Shown here piece by piece: positions 29,060 to 39,253 of a stretch of DNA of 64,000 nt. A program made the translations under genes and the position numbers. The stretch spans positions 1-64,000 of the forward strand of contig JBJFGS010000025.1 of assembly GCA_051892935.1 (NCBI GenBank), written 5' to 3'. Below the pieces are notes generated by a model, which saw nothing but the letters and a program-made list of their open reading frames with translations, did not search any database and was not told the origin of the DNA. The stretch's first letter is position 1; the number at the start of each line of letters is the position of its first letter. This stretch comes from Candidatus Coprovivens sp. Lineage in GTDB: Bacteria > Bacillota_I > Bacilli_A > RF39 > UBA660.

Positions 29060-29146
29060 AGTGCTAAAAGCACTTTTTTATATGAAAAATTTGCTAATAA
29101 ACTAAACTTTTGATATTATATTTTTCTCAAAAAGAGGGATTATATC

Positions 29147-30178
29147 ATGAGTGAAATAAATATGTTAGAATACGAAGAAATGTTAAGAAAAACTCGTTAC
29201 AAAAGATTATTAAAAAATAAAAAAGCCCTAGTTTCATTAGGTGTTCTAGGTGCCAACATTTCTGCATTAATATTAAGTGATTATATATTCATAAACGTAA
29301 TATCAGCATTTATCGCAAGTTTAGAACTACAATCCTTAAAAGCAAGTTGGTCTAAACTAATTGTACCAGAAGAAACAATCCTTATTGAAAAAATAAAAAG
29401 TACCGAAACATTTAAAGAATGTTATGAAGAATATAATAAATACATAGAAAAAGTAGCTACTTTAATAAGACAACTAGAATTCACTTCATCTAAAGAAGCA
29501 ATAGCATATTTAGAACTACTAATGACATCAGGACATTTCTCCAAATACCATAATCATCAATATAAAATATACAAATATCATAAGCCAGAATTGAAAGAAT
29601 TGAGTGGAGCTAGAATACTAACTGGTAAATCAGTATGTCGCCATCAATCATCATTCTTTGTTGATGTTTTAAATACATTAGGATACCCAGCTACAAATTT
29701 ATCAGTAATAGCAACTTCAAGCGATCCAATAAAATTAGTAAAAAGTCATCCAACAAAATGGAATCACTCAGTCGTAAGTGTTTCAGAAAACAATAAAATG
29801 TACATCTACGACCCAACTATTGGCCAATATAGTGCCAAACCAACCGATATTCCCCGTAACGAAAAAGAATCTATACTAGTAAGCCAGTTTGTAACACCAG
29901 AAAAAAATTATCTAGTAATGAATCCGACATCTTCTCAATTAAACAAAGAACCAGCAAGTCACTTTTACGGTATAATAGCATCACCACAAATGACCATAAC
30001 AAGTGGCGAAGTCGAATACATAAAAAGAAAAGCAGAATTAGTATACATTGGAAACTCTCATAATCAACACAGATTTTTTCTAGAACAAGAAGAACAAAGA
30101 GAAAAAATAGAAAAAATGTATCAAGAATTATCACCATATTCAGATAAACCTATAAAGAAATGGTTGATACATAAATAA
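29147..30178 (+). CDS. Membrane-associated transglutaminase-like (Cys-His-Asp) protein
   Basis: GKSVCRH..F, WNHSV and YIYDPT triad motifs; hydrophobic N-terminal segment. Confidence 0.65.
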   Translation: MSEINMLEYEEMLRKTRYKRLLKNKKALVSLGVLGANISALILSDYIFINVISAFIASLELQSLKASWSKLIVPEETILIEKIKSTETFKECYEEYNKYIEKVATLIRQLEFTSSKEAIAYLELLMTSGHFSKYHNHQYKIYKYHKPELKELSGARILTGKSVCRHQSSFFVDVLNTLGYPATNLSVIATSSDPIKLVKSHPTKWNHSVVSVSENNKMYIYDPTIGQYSAKPTDIPRNEKESILVSQFVTPEKNYLVMNPTSSQLNKEPASHFYGIIASPQMTITSGEVEYIKRKAELVYIGNSHNQHRFFLEQEEQREKIEKMYQELSPYSDKPIKKWLIHK

Positions 30179-30180
30179 AG

Positions 30181-30208
30181 TTGACAAAATAAAATAATTT
30201 GTTATAAT
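30181..30208 (+). promoter_or_regulatory. Sigma-A promoter of the glyQS leader
   Basis: TTGACA-N16-TATAAT with extended TG. Confidence 0.8.
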
Positions 30209-30218
30209 CAATTCATAC

Positions 30219-30337
30219 AAGCGATGAGTGGGTTGGCAACCATGAGCTATATATAATAAAGCAGATTTCTTCTAGAAATAAGTAGGATGGAACCGCGGGT
30301 TTAAAACTCGTTCCTACATATCTCTAGAAGTTTTTTT
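30219..30337 (+). ncRNA. Glycine T-box riboswitch (miniaturised)
   Basis: GCGATGA/TGAGC GA motif enclosing a GGC (Gly) codon; antiterminator GTAGGA-TGGAACC-GCGGG..CTCGT-TCCTAC with the UGGA bulge matching the tRNA-Gly UCCA end; U7 tract; upstream of GlyRS. Confidence 0.85.
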
Positions 30338-30438
30338 ATTAGGGAGAGTGAAAATATGAAATATCATATTGCCATTGAGGAACATGAACGAGGTTGCAGT
30401 TCCATCATATAATAAAAAAATAAGAAAGAGGTATAATT

Positions 30439-31818
30439 ATGGAAAAAATAAAAATGGAAGACATAGTAAATTATTGCAAACAATATGGTTTTATATTTCA
30501 AGGAAGTGAAATATATGGTGGATTATCAAATACATGGGACTACGGACCATTAGGAAGAGAATTAAAGGAAAATGTTCGTCGTGCTTGGTGGAAAAAATTT
30601 ATCCAAGAAAATCCTTATAATTACGGATTAGATGCAGCTATTCTAATGAATCCAGAAGTTTGGGTAGCTAGTGGCCATGTAACAAACTTTAACGATCCAT
30701 TAATAGATTGCAAAAAATGTAAATCACGTCATAGAGCTGATAAATTAATAGAAGAATTCACAAATGGAAAAGAAACAGGAGATGGATGGGATAATGAAAA
30801 AATTGAAAACTTCATCAAAGAAAATCACATCAAATGTCCAAAATGTGAATCAGAAGATTTTACACCAATAAGAAAGTTTAATCTATTATTTGAAACTCAT
30901 CAAGGAGTTACCGAAGATTCAAAATCAAAAGTATATCTTCGTGGAGAAACAGCTCAAGGTATATTTGTTAACTTCTTAAATGTTCAAAGAAGTATGAGAG
31001 CTAAATTACCATTTGGTATAGGACAAACAGGTAAATCATTTAGAAACGAAATAACTCCAGGTAATTTTACATTTAGAACTAGAGAATTTGAACAAATGGA
31101 ACTAGAATTCTTCTGTAAACCAGATACAGACCTAGAATGGTTTGGTTACTGGAAAACATACTGTATAGATTGGTTAAAATCATTAGGAATTAGAAATGAA
31201 AATCTAAGATATAGAGATCATGCTAAAGAAGAACTATCTTTCTATAGTAAAGCAACAACAGACATCGAATTCTTATTCCCAATGGGATGGGGAGAATTAT
31301 GGGGAATAGCTGATAGAACAGACTATGATTTATCAGTTCACATGGAACACTCTAAAACTGACCTAAGATATTTAGACCCAGAAACAAACGAAAGATATAC
31401 TCCATACGTAGTAGAACCATCTTTAGGATTAGATAGAGCAATATTAGCATTCATTTGTAACGCTTACGAAAGAGAAGAACTAGAAAATGGAGATACTAGA
31501 GAAGTATTAAAAATTCATCCTGCTCTTGCACCAGTAAAAGCAACCATATTACCATTAATAAAAAAAGTTCACGCTAGTAAAGCAATGGATATCTATGCCA
31601 AGCTATGTAAAGATTTTAATGTATCATATGATGAATCTGGTTCTATCGGAAAACGTTACAGAAGAAACGATGCAGTAGGTACACCATTCAGTATCACTGT
31701 AGATGATGAAACATTAGAAAATGATATAGTCACAATAAGAGATAGAGATACAATGGAACAAATAAAAATACCAGTTGCTGAACTATCAAATTACATTAAA
31801 GAAAAAATAGATTTTTAG
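30439..31818 (+). CDS. glyQS: Glycine--tRNA ligase (alpha2 type)
   Basis: [36 protein letters not shown] and GSIGKRYRR motifs. Confidence 0.98.
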   Translation: MEKIKMEDIVNYCKQYGFIFQGSEIYGGLSNTWDYGPLGRELKENVRRAWWKKFIQENPYNYGLDAAILMNPEVWVASGHVTNFNDPLIDCKKCKSRHRADKLIEEFTNGKETGDGWDNEKIENFIKENHIKCPKCESEDFTPIRKFNLLFETHQGVTEDSKSKVYLRGETAQGIFVNFLNVQRSMRAKLPFGIGQTGKSFRNEITPGNFTFRTREFEQMELEFFCKPDTDLEWFGYWKTYCIDWLKSLGIRNENLRYRDHAKEELSFYSKATTDIEFLFPMGWGELWGIADRTDYDLSVHMEHSKTDLRYLDPETNERYTPYVVEPSLGLDRAILAFICNAYEREELENGDTREVLKIHPALAPVKATILPLIKKVHASKAMDIYAKLCKDFNVSYDESGSIGKRYRRNDAVGTPFSITVDDETLENDIVTIRDRDTMEQIKIPVAELSNYIKEKIDF

Positions 31819-31919
31819 TGTAAAATTCACGTTAAAGGCAGATAATATCTGCCTTTTCAATTGCCTCCAACTTTTTAAATATTATATAATAAAAAAGATT
31901 TTTCAAGGGGAGTGATAAA

Positions 31920-33473
31920 ATGGAAAAATTTAAAACATATATAGAAAAACTAATCGAAAAAAATGAATTCTTACTAAAAAAAATTAAAATAACTATTGAA
32001 ACACTACCGGAGGAATGCTCTTTCCAAATAGAATCACATGATATAGAAAGAATAAAAAGAAATTATCATAAACAAAATAATTCATCTTTTATAAAAAGAT
32101 TATTGCCTATATCAAAAAAAGAACTAATAAAAATAGCAAGAAACGAAAAATTGTCCAAACTATTATCTGAAAAACGAAGAATAGAACAAGAATTAACAAA
32201 ACTAAAAGAAGTAAGAAATTCCATCACAAAATGTCAAAATAATGAAAAAATTTCCGATCCATCAGAAACAATTAAAAGACTATTTGCGTACTCATTAAAA
32301 TCTTCAATAACAAGTAGAGAGCTATCAAAATTGTTAATTTTTATTCTAAAACATACCAAAAGCGATGAAAAAGAAGAGAACAAATTAATAAATCAAATAT
32401 CATCTTTTTATAATGAAGATAACTATCTTGAAAGAAAAGATTCATATAGTGCACTAAAATTATTATATGAAAAATTATTTATGTTAATTTTCTCTAAAGA
32501 TGAAGAAATATATTGTCAAATACCAATAAGAGAGATAATGGCAAATTTAAAAGTAGAAGCAACAAAAGAACCAAATACAAAAGAAGAACTTATAAAAGAA
32601 AGAGAAAGTCTTAACAGACTTCGCTACTATATTGAAAACAATAGAATAATTAAAACAACAAAAACAATCGAAGAATTTAAAATCCTTCTAAAAGATGCTC
32701 ATATTGATGAAAATACTTCAAGAGAACTAATAATAAAAATGCAAGAAGAAATCAAACGCCAAACAAGAATAAATTCTGAAATTGAAAAGAATCCTGAAGT
32801 AAAAGAATACCTAAGTAGTGAAGAATTACTATATATTATAAGAGCAATAGAATTAGAATCAATAGTAGAAGGAAATATCAAATCTCTAATAAGTCGAACT
32901 AAAAATGATGTCATTTCATCATGCAAATACATAAAATTAGTAGAAGGTACAAATGAATTCCATCCTGCTACAGAAATACTATCAAAAAGAATAGAGATTT
33001 TAGTAGAATTAATTACTAGTCTCGAAACTCCAACAAACGAACAAAATACTTTTTATTACCTTATTGATTCTGAACAAATGCCACTTGTCTTAAGAACAAT
33101 CGAAACAATAGATGTAACAGAATATAGTAATATATACGAACTACTAAAATTATTAGCAAGTCGTAAAGAAAAAGGAAAACTGATAAAGAATATAAACGGA
33201 ATCAATATATTTTCAATAGAAAGAGAAGGTTATTCCCTAGATTATACTATATCAAATAAAGACATTATAGTAATAAATATTCATAGCAAAGAACAAGAAA
33301 AACAAGATTTTCATTTAAGCAAAAAAGCTCTTTCAAATCTAAATGAACTAATCAACCAAGAAAAAACAAAAGAAATAAGAAGATTACATTCATATTATGA
33401 AAAGATGCTTTCAAAAGCAATAGATGTAGATTTAAATATCAAAACATTAAAACTAGCAAAGAAAGATAATTAA
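31920..33473 (+). CDS. Hypothetical coiled-coil protein, possibly with a degenerate RelE/Gp49-like C-terminal domain
   Basis: 517 aa with SD GGGGAG; helical N-terminal part; C-terminal secondary-structure pattern resembles the RelE fold. Confidence 0.55.
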   Translation: MEKFKTYIEKLIEKNEFLLKKIKITIETLPEECSFQIESHDIERIKRNYHKQNNSSFIKRLLPISKKELIKIARNEKLSKLLSEKRRIEQELTKLKEVRNSITKCQNNEKISDPSETIKRLFAYSLKSSITSRELSKLLIFILKHTKSDEKEENKLINQISSFYNEDNYLERKDSYSALKLLYEKLFMLIFSKDEEIYCQIPIREIMANLKVEATKEPNTKEELIKERESLNRLRYYIENNRIIKTTKTIEEFKILLKDAHIDENTSRELIIKMQEEIKRQTRINSEIEKNPEVKEYLSSEELLYIIRAIELESIVEGNIKSLISRTKNDVISSCKYIKLVEGTNEFHPATEILSKRIEILVELITSLETPTNEQNTFYYLIDSEQMPLVLRTIETIDVTEYSNIYELLKLLASRKEKGKLIKNINGINIFSIEREGYSLDYTISNKDIIVINIHSKEQEKQDFHLSKKALSNLNELINQEKTKEIRRLHSYYEKMLSKAIDVDLNIKTLKLAKKDN

Positions 33474-33949
33474 AAGTATCTTTCTTTTTTAAATACTTTT
33501 TGCCCTTAATTCTTAAATCTTCAAGAAAATCAAAAAAAATTATTAAAAAAATCTTTATTATCATTATGATAACTTATTTCAAACTTTACAATAATGTCAT
33601 TAAGTTCTAGGTCTTATTTCATGATGATTAATATCTAGTTCAAAATAATTCTAAAGTTAATATATTTCTTTAATTTTAACTATATTTCAAATTTATAAGC
33701 ACAAGCTAATCATACCAAAATATGAATATTTATCTTGATATTTTATCAATACTTACATATTGATAAAACCTTTATCATATAAAATATTTATACTTTTGAT
33801 AAACTACAGCGATAAATATAATATAGATTTTTATTTAATTCAAATCTCTTAGGATATTATATCTTTATACAATTAAATTTAAAATATATAACAAAAAATG
33901 TACTTTTAGCGGAATAAATGATATAATTTCAACAGATAGTAGGTGAGTT

Positions 33950-35998
33950 ATGCACAAAGAAACAGAATATGAAAAACTTTTAAGAGAAGGATATATTGAA
34001 GAAGGAACATTAGTAATCCATGTTGATGATTTATCAAAAATGGAAATTTCTGAACATGTTCATGAAGAAATGAAACAAGAAGGAGTAAAAGGCGAGCGTA
34101 AAGACAAATCAGTCGTTTTGGTTGATAATCAAGGCCGTAGAAAACGTGTAAGCCATCTTGCGTTCGGATATAATAAGCAAGGTGTTCAATTAAAAGATGG
34201 TAGTTTTATGAGAGCTGATGAACTATTAGCTGCCATGGAAGAAGCTGTTACTAAATTAGAACCCGGAACATTTGTGGTAGATCGCAAGGGAAGATTTTCC
34301 TCTCCTGAAGAACTATTGCAAGTAGTAATTCGAGCAGCCGGTAAAATTGTTATAGGAAAAGTTCCAGAAGGAATTAGAAATCATGGACGTCTAGTAGCGG
34401 TAGTAGGTGCTAATAGTGATGAGGTTCATAAAAAAGGAACAATGGTAATAGGTTCTAAAGAATTCGATATTAGTGAAGGAGATTATGTAAACTTAGATGA
34501 GTTTTTAGATGCTCTCGATGATTATGTAATTATGACACCAAAAAAAGAACCAGTTCCACCAGTACCACCAGTCACACCTCCAGAGAAAGAACAGGATAAA
34601 CCAATAGTGGTTAGAGTTGTTAGAAAATACAAGAATAAATTAACTGCTTGGTTAATCCTATTAGCGATGATTTCAACATTTTTAAGTGGCTTTAGAATTA
34701 ATGATAGAACAAGAATAGAAGAAGTTCCAATAGAAGTCCAAGAACAAATTATCCAAATGATTGAAAGAGACGATTTATTTTACCAAATCGAAGGTATGGA
34801 ATATGAAGATGTATTAGAAACATTAGAAGAAAGTGCCAAAAGATTCGTATCAGAATTAAGTACAGGTGATACGTTAGAACTTCGCGATGGTGATGAACTA
34901 TATGAGAATAGTGGACTTGGCGGTAGAAAAGTTGTAATTGGCCAAGGAATTAGACAAGCTGGTGACTATGAGATTACCGGGGTATCAATTGTTTATGAAG
35001 GAAAAATATATGCTTGGAATGTTGACTTAGCTGGTTCAAAACCAAGTGTTCAAATTGGCGATTTTATTAATTCAACAGTAGCCGAAAATAATCTAGATTA
35101 TGATAAAATAGAAGTTAGATTACATTTTGGTGGAACTAAAGATAATACTCAAACTGGATGGATTGATATTTCTGAACTTATTAAAGAAGATATGGTTGAA
35201 CAACAAGTTATAGACCAAGTAGCAGTAAAAGGAAGTACCTATGATGGAACTGTTAATGACTTTAAAGGTTCTACAATTACAATTGACACATTAGATGGCC
35301 CAGTAACAATTACAGTTGTAGATGAAAATGGCAATTTATTGCAACCAGGTACAAAGGTAATTGGTAGTGACGGAAAAGAATACATTATTTCAGATTTAAA
35401 TATTGAGAATTATACTACTGAAGAAACAGTAACAATAACTGAAACAAAAACGGTTGAACAAGAAGTCGTTGATGGTAAGAAACTTACTTGGCGAATTCAA
35501 GATTGTAACTTTGCTTTAGCCATTGCTCCATTATTAGGAGCTTTAGCTGCACACATGGCAACTAAAAAGAAAAATGATGAAGCAGAACAAAATCCAGATT
35601 TCTTTGAGTTTGAAAACGAAGAAGAATATCAACAATTTAAAAAAGAATTTTTAGAAGCACGAGAAAAATATGAGAAAACATCAGGATTTAGAAAAATGTT
35701 AAAAAATGTATTTTATCGTAGGGAAATTGATATATTACAACGATTAACAGAAGAACAAATACAAAAATTATATGCTGCAATTAGAAATTGGCATGATGGT
35801 GACTATAGTTATAATCCTAGTGATAAAATAGTATTTAAAAATGGTAAAATTTTAGTTATCTTTAAAGATGGAAGGACACAAGATATCACCGATATTGTAA
35901 TGCCAGCAATTGCTTCAATAGGAAGTGAAAATAAACCAGAAACTGAAGGTTTATTGGAAGAGATGGAGGAACAAAAAGATGGAATTCATCGAAGATAG
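33950..35998 (+). CDS. Hypothetical two-TM membrane protein with repeated N-terminal module, Pro-rich linker and large loop domain
   Basis: 682 aa; PVPPVPPVTPP linker; hydrophobic segments LTAWLILLAMISTFLSG and FALAIAPLLGALAAH. Confidence 0.7.
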   Translation: MHKETEYEKLLREGYIEEGTLVIHVDDLSKMEISEHVHEEMKQEGVKGERKDKSVVLVDNQGRRKRVSHLAFGYNKQGVQLKDGSFMRADELLAAMEEAVTKLEPGTFVVDRKGRFSSPEELLQVVIRAAGKIVIGKVPEGIRNHGRLVAVVGANSDEVHKKGTMVIGSKEFDISEGDYVNLDEFLDALDDYVIMTPKKEPVPPVPPVTPPEKEQDKPIVVRVVRKYKNKLTAWLILLAMISTFLSGFRINDRTRIEEVPIEVQEQIIQMIERDDLFYQIEGMEYEDVLETLEESAKRFVSELSTGDTLELRDGDELYENSGLGGRKVVIGQGIRQAGDYEITGVSIVYEGKIYAWNVDLAGSKPSVQIGDFINSTVAENNLDYDKIEVRLHFGGTKDNTQTGWIDISELIKEDMVEQQVIDQVAVKGSTYDGTVNDFKGSTITIDTLDGPVTITVVDENGNLLQPGTKVIGSDGKEYIISDLNIENYTTEETVTITETKTVEQEVVDGKKLTWRIQDCNFALAIAPLLGALAAHMATKKKNDEAEQNPDFFEFENEEEYQQFKKEFLEAREKYEKTSGFRKMLKNVFYRREIDILQRLTEEQIQKLYAAIRNWHDGDYSYNPSDKIVFKNGKILVIFKDGRTQDITDIVMPAIASIGSENKPETEGLLEEMEEQKDGIHRR

Positions 35999-36272
35999 TA
36001 ATTTTGATGACTATATTAATAAATATAAAAATCTGTCATTGAAGGAAAAAAAAGAGTTAGTAGAACAACAAATAGAAGAATTATTAGTTGTATTAAAGGC
36101 ATTAAATGAACAATGTGGTAAAAAACCTAAAATACTATTTAATCGTGAAATATTAGATCTAAAAAGAGAAGGTGCAACTGAGGATGATTTTGTTGAAGCT
36201 ATGTTTGTGTATTCTTATTCAATTAAAGAGTTATTAGCATCTTTTGTAGAAAGTGTAAATATTAGGAGGTAA
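35979..36272 (+). CDS. Hypothetical helical protein
   Basis: ATG after GGAGGA SD, overlapping the upstream gene; MEFIEDSNFDD. Confidence 0.7.
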   Translation: MEFIEDSNFDDYINKYKNLSLKEKKELVEQQIEELLVVLKALNEQCGKKPKILFNREILDLKREGATEDDFVEAMFVYSYSIKELLASFVESVNIRR

Positions 36273-36274
36273 AA

Positions 36275-36514
36275 ATGGAAAAATTAGAATTTGGAGAAAC
36301 AGCTGTTTTAGAAAACGGAAAAGAATATGTTTGTTTTGCAAATTTAGAGGAAAATGGTGTTGATTATGTATACTTAGTTAGTAATTTTAAACCACTAGAG
36401 GTAAGATTTGCTAAGCAAGTAATGAATGGAGAAGAATTATTGTTAGAGATTGTTCAAGATCAAGCATTGAAAGAACATTTATTAGAACTATTTAAAGCTA
36501 AAATGGGAAAATAA
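36275..36514 (+). CDS. Small acidic DUF1292-like protein
   Basis: SD AGGAGG; LENGKEY.....EENGVDYVYLV pattern. Confidence 0.55.
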   Translation: MEKLEFGETAVLENGKEYVCFANLEENGVDYVYLVSNFKPLEVRFAKQVMNGEELLLEIVQDQALKEHLLELFKAKMGK

Positions 36515-36729
36515 GAAGTTGTATAAACTTCTTTTTTTTGTCCTTCTCAACAATGTGAAACAAAATTAATAAAAATTAATTCAGTATAATTTAAACCACT
36601 TTTTTATATAGAATTATTTCCTATCAATTGAATCATTACAATTAAAAGTATCTTTCTTTTTAAATTTTATTGAAAAAAAAACTAATATTAGATATAATAA
36701 AAAAGTAATATAGTATAGGAGGCTTATAT

Positions 36730-37125
36730 ATGGCATTTAGTATAAAGAATATCTTTGTTTCTGATGAAGAAGATGAAAGAATAGAGGGAGCTGAAGAAGA
36801 ATTTTATAATTCTGAAGCATCAAACATTGAAACTTCAAATAATAAAATGATTCTTTTAGAGCCAAGAGCATATTCTGAATCTCAACAAATAGCTGACCAT
36901 TTAAAAAATAGAAATAGTGTCGTTGTTAATTTAAAAAGAGTAACATCAGATCAAGCCAAAAGAATAATAGATTTCTTAAGTGGATGCATTTACGCTATTG
37001 GTGGAACAATGCAAAAAATAGGTGTTGGTATCTATCTTTGTACTCCAAAAAATGTAAATGTTCAAGGCAAAATAAGCGAAGATAACAAAGATACGGACAA
37101 ATCAGAAGAAAATCCAGAATGGTAA
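36730..37125 (+). CDS. sepF: Cell division protein SepF
   Basis: [29 protein letters not shown] and TPKNV motifs. Confidence 0.95.
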   Translation: MAFSIKNIFVSDEEDERIEGAEEEFYNSEASNIETSNNKMILLEPRAYSESQQIADHLKNRNSVVVNLKRVTSDQAKRIIDFLSGCIYAIGGTMQKIGVGIYLCTPKNVNVQGKISEDNKDTDKSEENPEW

Positions 37126-37157
37126 TATTATTATTTTCTTAAGTAAGAAGGTGAATC

Positions 37158-37589
37158 ATGCGACAATTTAATACAAGTCAAAACGGCTACAATAAAGAAG
37201 AAATTAATAATTTTGTTGCAGAAGTAACAAAAGAATACGAATTAATGTTAAATAAATTAAAATCCCGTGATCACGAAATAGCTATTCTAAAAGAAAAACT
37301 AGAACACTATAAAGACTTAGAAACAACATTAAATAAAGCAGTTTTAATTGCCGAAGATTCATCAAATCAAATTAAGAAAATTGCCCGCGACGAAGCAAAA
37401 TTAATAATAGCTGATGCCAAAAAAAATGCATCACATATAATTAACGATGCATTATTAAAAGCAGAGAAAACCGAAATTGAAGCAGATCAATTAAGAAGAA
37501 GTCTTAAAATATATAAAGCACGTATAAAACAAACAATAGAAGAACAATTATCAATGGTAGATGATGTTGATAATATAACTGAATCATAA
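37158..37589 (+). CDS. divIVA: DivIVA domain protein
   Basis: F.....GYNKEEINNF motif followed by a coiled coil; follows sepF. Confidence 0.88.
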   Translation: MRQFNTSQNGYNKEEINNFVAEVTKEYELMLNKLKSRDHEIAILKEKLEHYKDLETTLNKAVLIAEDSSNQIKKIARDEAKLIIADAKKNASHIINDALLKAEKTEIEADQLRRSLKIYKARIKQTIEEQLSMVDDVDNITES

Positions 37590-37594
37590 AAGGA

Positions 37595-38293
37595 CTATAA
37601 GTCCTTTTTATTATGTTTATAAAACTCTTTATATAATTTTAATAAAGCTCTCTTTTCTAATCTAGAAACATAACTTCTAGATATATTCATCATCGAAGAT
37701 ATTTCCTTTTGCGTATATATATCACTATCAAATAAACCATACCTTAAAGTCAATATCTTTCTTTCTCTTTCATTAAGTATATCTAAATACTTTAAAAGCA
37801 ATTGTATATTATTATTCCTATGTATTACCGAAGCAAAATCTTCTTCATCACTAGGTATAACATCAATTAAATATATTTCATTACCATCTTTATCTATTCC
37901 TAAAGTATCATTTAAACTAACATCATTTCCCCGCCTTTTATTAGCTCTAAAATACATTAAAATTTCATTTTCAGCACATTTTGCTATATAAGTAGTAATC
38001 CTAATATTCTTATTAGGATTATAACTATCTATCCCTTTAATTAAACCAATCGTTCCAATACTAATTAAATCATCAGTAGAAACATCCTTATCTTCATATT
38101 TTTTTACAAGATGAGCTACTAATCTCAAATTATGTTCTATTAAAGTATTACGAGCCTCCTTATCTCCGTTCATCATTTTTAATATGCATAAATTTTCTTC
38201 TTTCTTAGAAAGAGGAGGTGGAAAAATGTTAACAGAATAACTACCTGTAAAAAAAGATAACCCCTTTAAAAGATTCAAAATCTTTAAAAACAT
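37595..38293 (-). CDS. sigK: Sporulation sigma factor SigK (pro-sigma-K), uninterrupted
   Basis: Hydrophobic pro-sequence then FPPPLS; LIEHNLRLVAH, DDLISIGTIGLIK, ENEILM, DKDGNEI and ISRSYVSRLEKRAL motifs. Confidence 0.93.
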   Translation of the reverse strand: MFLKILNLLKGLSFFTGSYSVNIFPPPLSKKEENLCILKMMNGDKEARNTLIEHNLRLVAHLVKKYEDKDVSTDDLISIGTIGLIKGIDSYNPNKNIRITTYIAKCAENEILMYFRANKRRGNDVSLNDTLGIDKDGNEIYLIDVIPSDEEDFASVIHRNNNIQLLLKYLDILNERERKILTLRYGLFDSDIYTQKEISSMMNISRSYVSRLEKRALLKLYKEFYKHNKKDL

Positions 38294-38362
38294 CAAATCA
38301 CCTAATAAATTATATTTAAAAGAAGTATTAAAAATGATATAATTTAAAAGGGATTTGATATA

Positions 38363-39253
38363 ATGAAAAAAATAAAAATATTATTAATATTACTTGTAGC
38401 ATTCTTCTTATGCTCATGTAACAAAAAAGAATACAAATTAATAGAGATAACCGGCGAAGAATTAGTTGAAAATTTAATAGTTAAACAAAATAATTTTATA
38501 TTTGCGATAATAGATTCATCAGAATCTGATTATGAAAATTTTTTTAAAGATTTAAATTCAATAGTAAAAAGTGCTAATATAAATATTTATTATGTAGATT
38601 ATCTTCATCTATCCAACGAGGCAGCTACAACATTATTCAATTACTATACAACAGATTTTACAACAAATGGTATCTTTGTTAATCAAAATAAATCATTAGT
38701 TGTTGCAGCAGAATATACAGATTTTAAAACAGCATACAGTTTAGTAAAAGATAAAGCATTTACTAATGAAGTATATTTTGTAGATGATAGTATAAAAAAA
38801 GAATACATTAAAGAAGCAAAAGAATTAATGGAAGAAAATAAAATAAGTGAAGCTCATGATAAACTAAATAAAGCATGGAATTTAAAAGAAGCCAAAGATG
38901 AGTATAATAGTAATAAATACTATAACTTAATAAATGCTTGGGAAAGAATAGAATATACTACCTCAATTCCAGAAAAAACAAAATATACATCAATTATTTT
39001 CTTTACAAATACAAATTATTATGCAGTTCAAAAAACAGAAGCATCATCTGAAGAATTTACAATACCTACAACTTTAGATGATTTTGAAACAATTTATTAT
39101 AAAGTAAAAGATGATATAATATATACAAGTAATAGAGAAAAAGGATATTACGAAAAAACTTATAAAATAAATGATATAAGTGACAAATATTTCCAATTAA
39201 CAGATATAAAAAACAATAAAAAAATGACCTTTACAAGGAGAAAAAATGTATGA
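38363..39253 (+). CDS. Lipoprotein with a thioredoxin-like N-terminal domain (no CxxC)
   Basis: Lipobox LCSC; FIFAI......F..DL..I......IYYVD pattern. Confidence 0.6.
   Translation: MKKIKILLILLVAFFLCSCNKKEYKLIEITGEELVENLIVKQNNFIFAIIDSSESDYENFFKDLNSIVKSANINIYYVDYLHLSNEAATTLFNYYTTDFTTNGIFVNQNKSLVVAAEYTDFKTAYSLVKDKAFTNEVYFVDDSIKKEYIKEAKELMEENKISEAHDKLNKAWNLKEAKDEYNSNKYYNLINAWERIEYTTSIPEKTKYTSIIFFTNTNYYAVQKTEASSEEFTIPTTLDDFETIYYKVKDDIIYTSNREKGYYEKTYKINDISDKYFQLTDIKNNKKMTFTRRKNV

Noticed and set aside
33480-33940. Replication origin or dif site
   Set aside because: No TTATCCACA DnaA boxes, no clear dif consensus, and no change in gene orientation across the gap.
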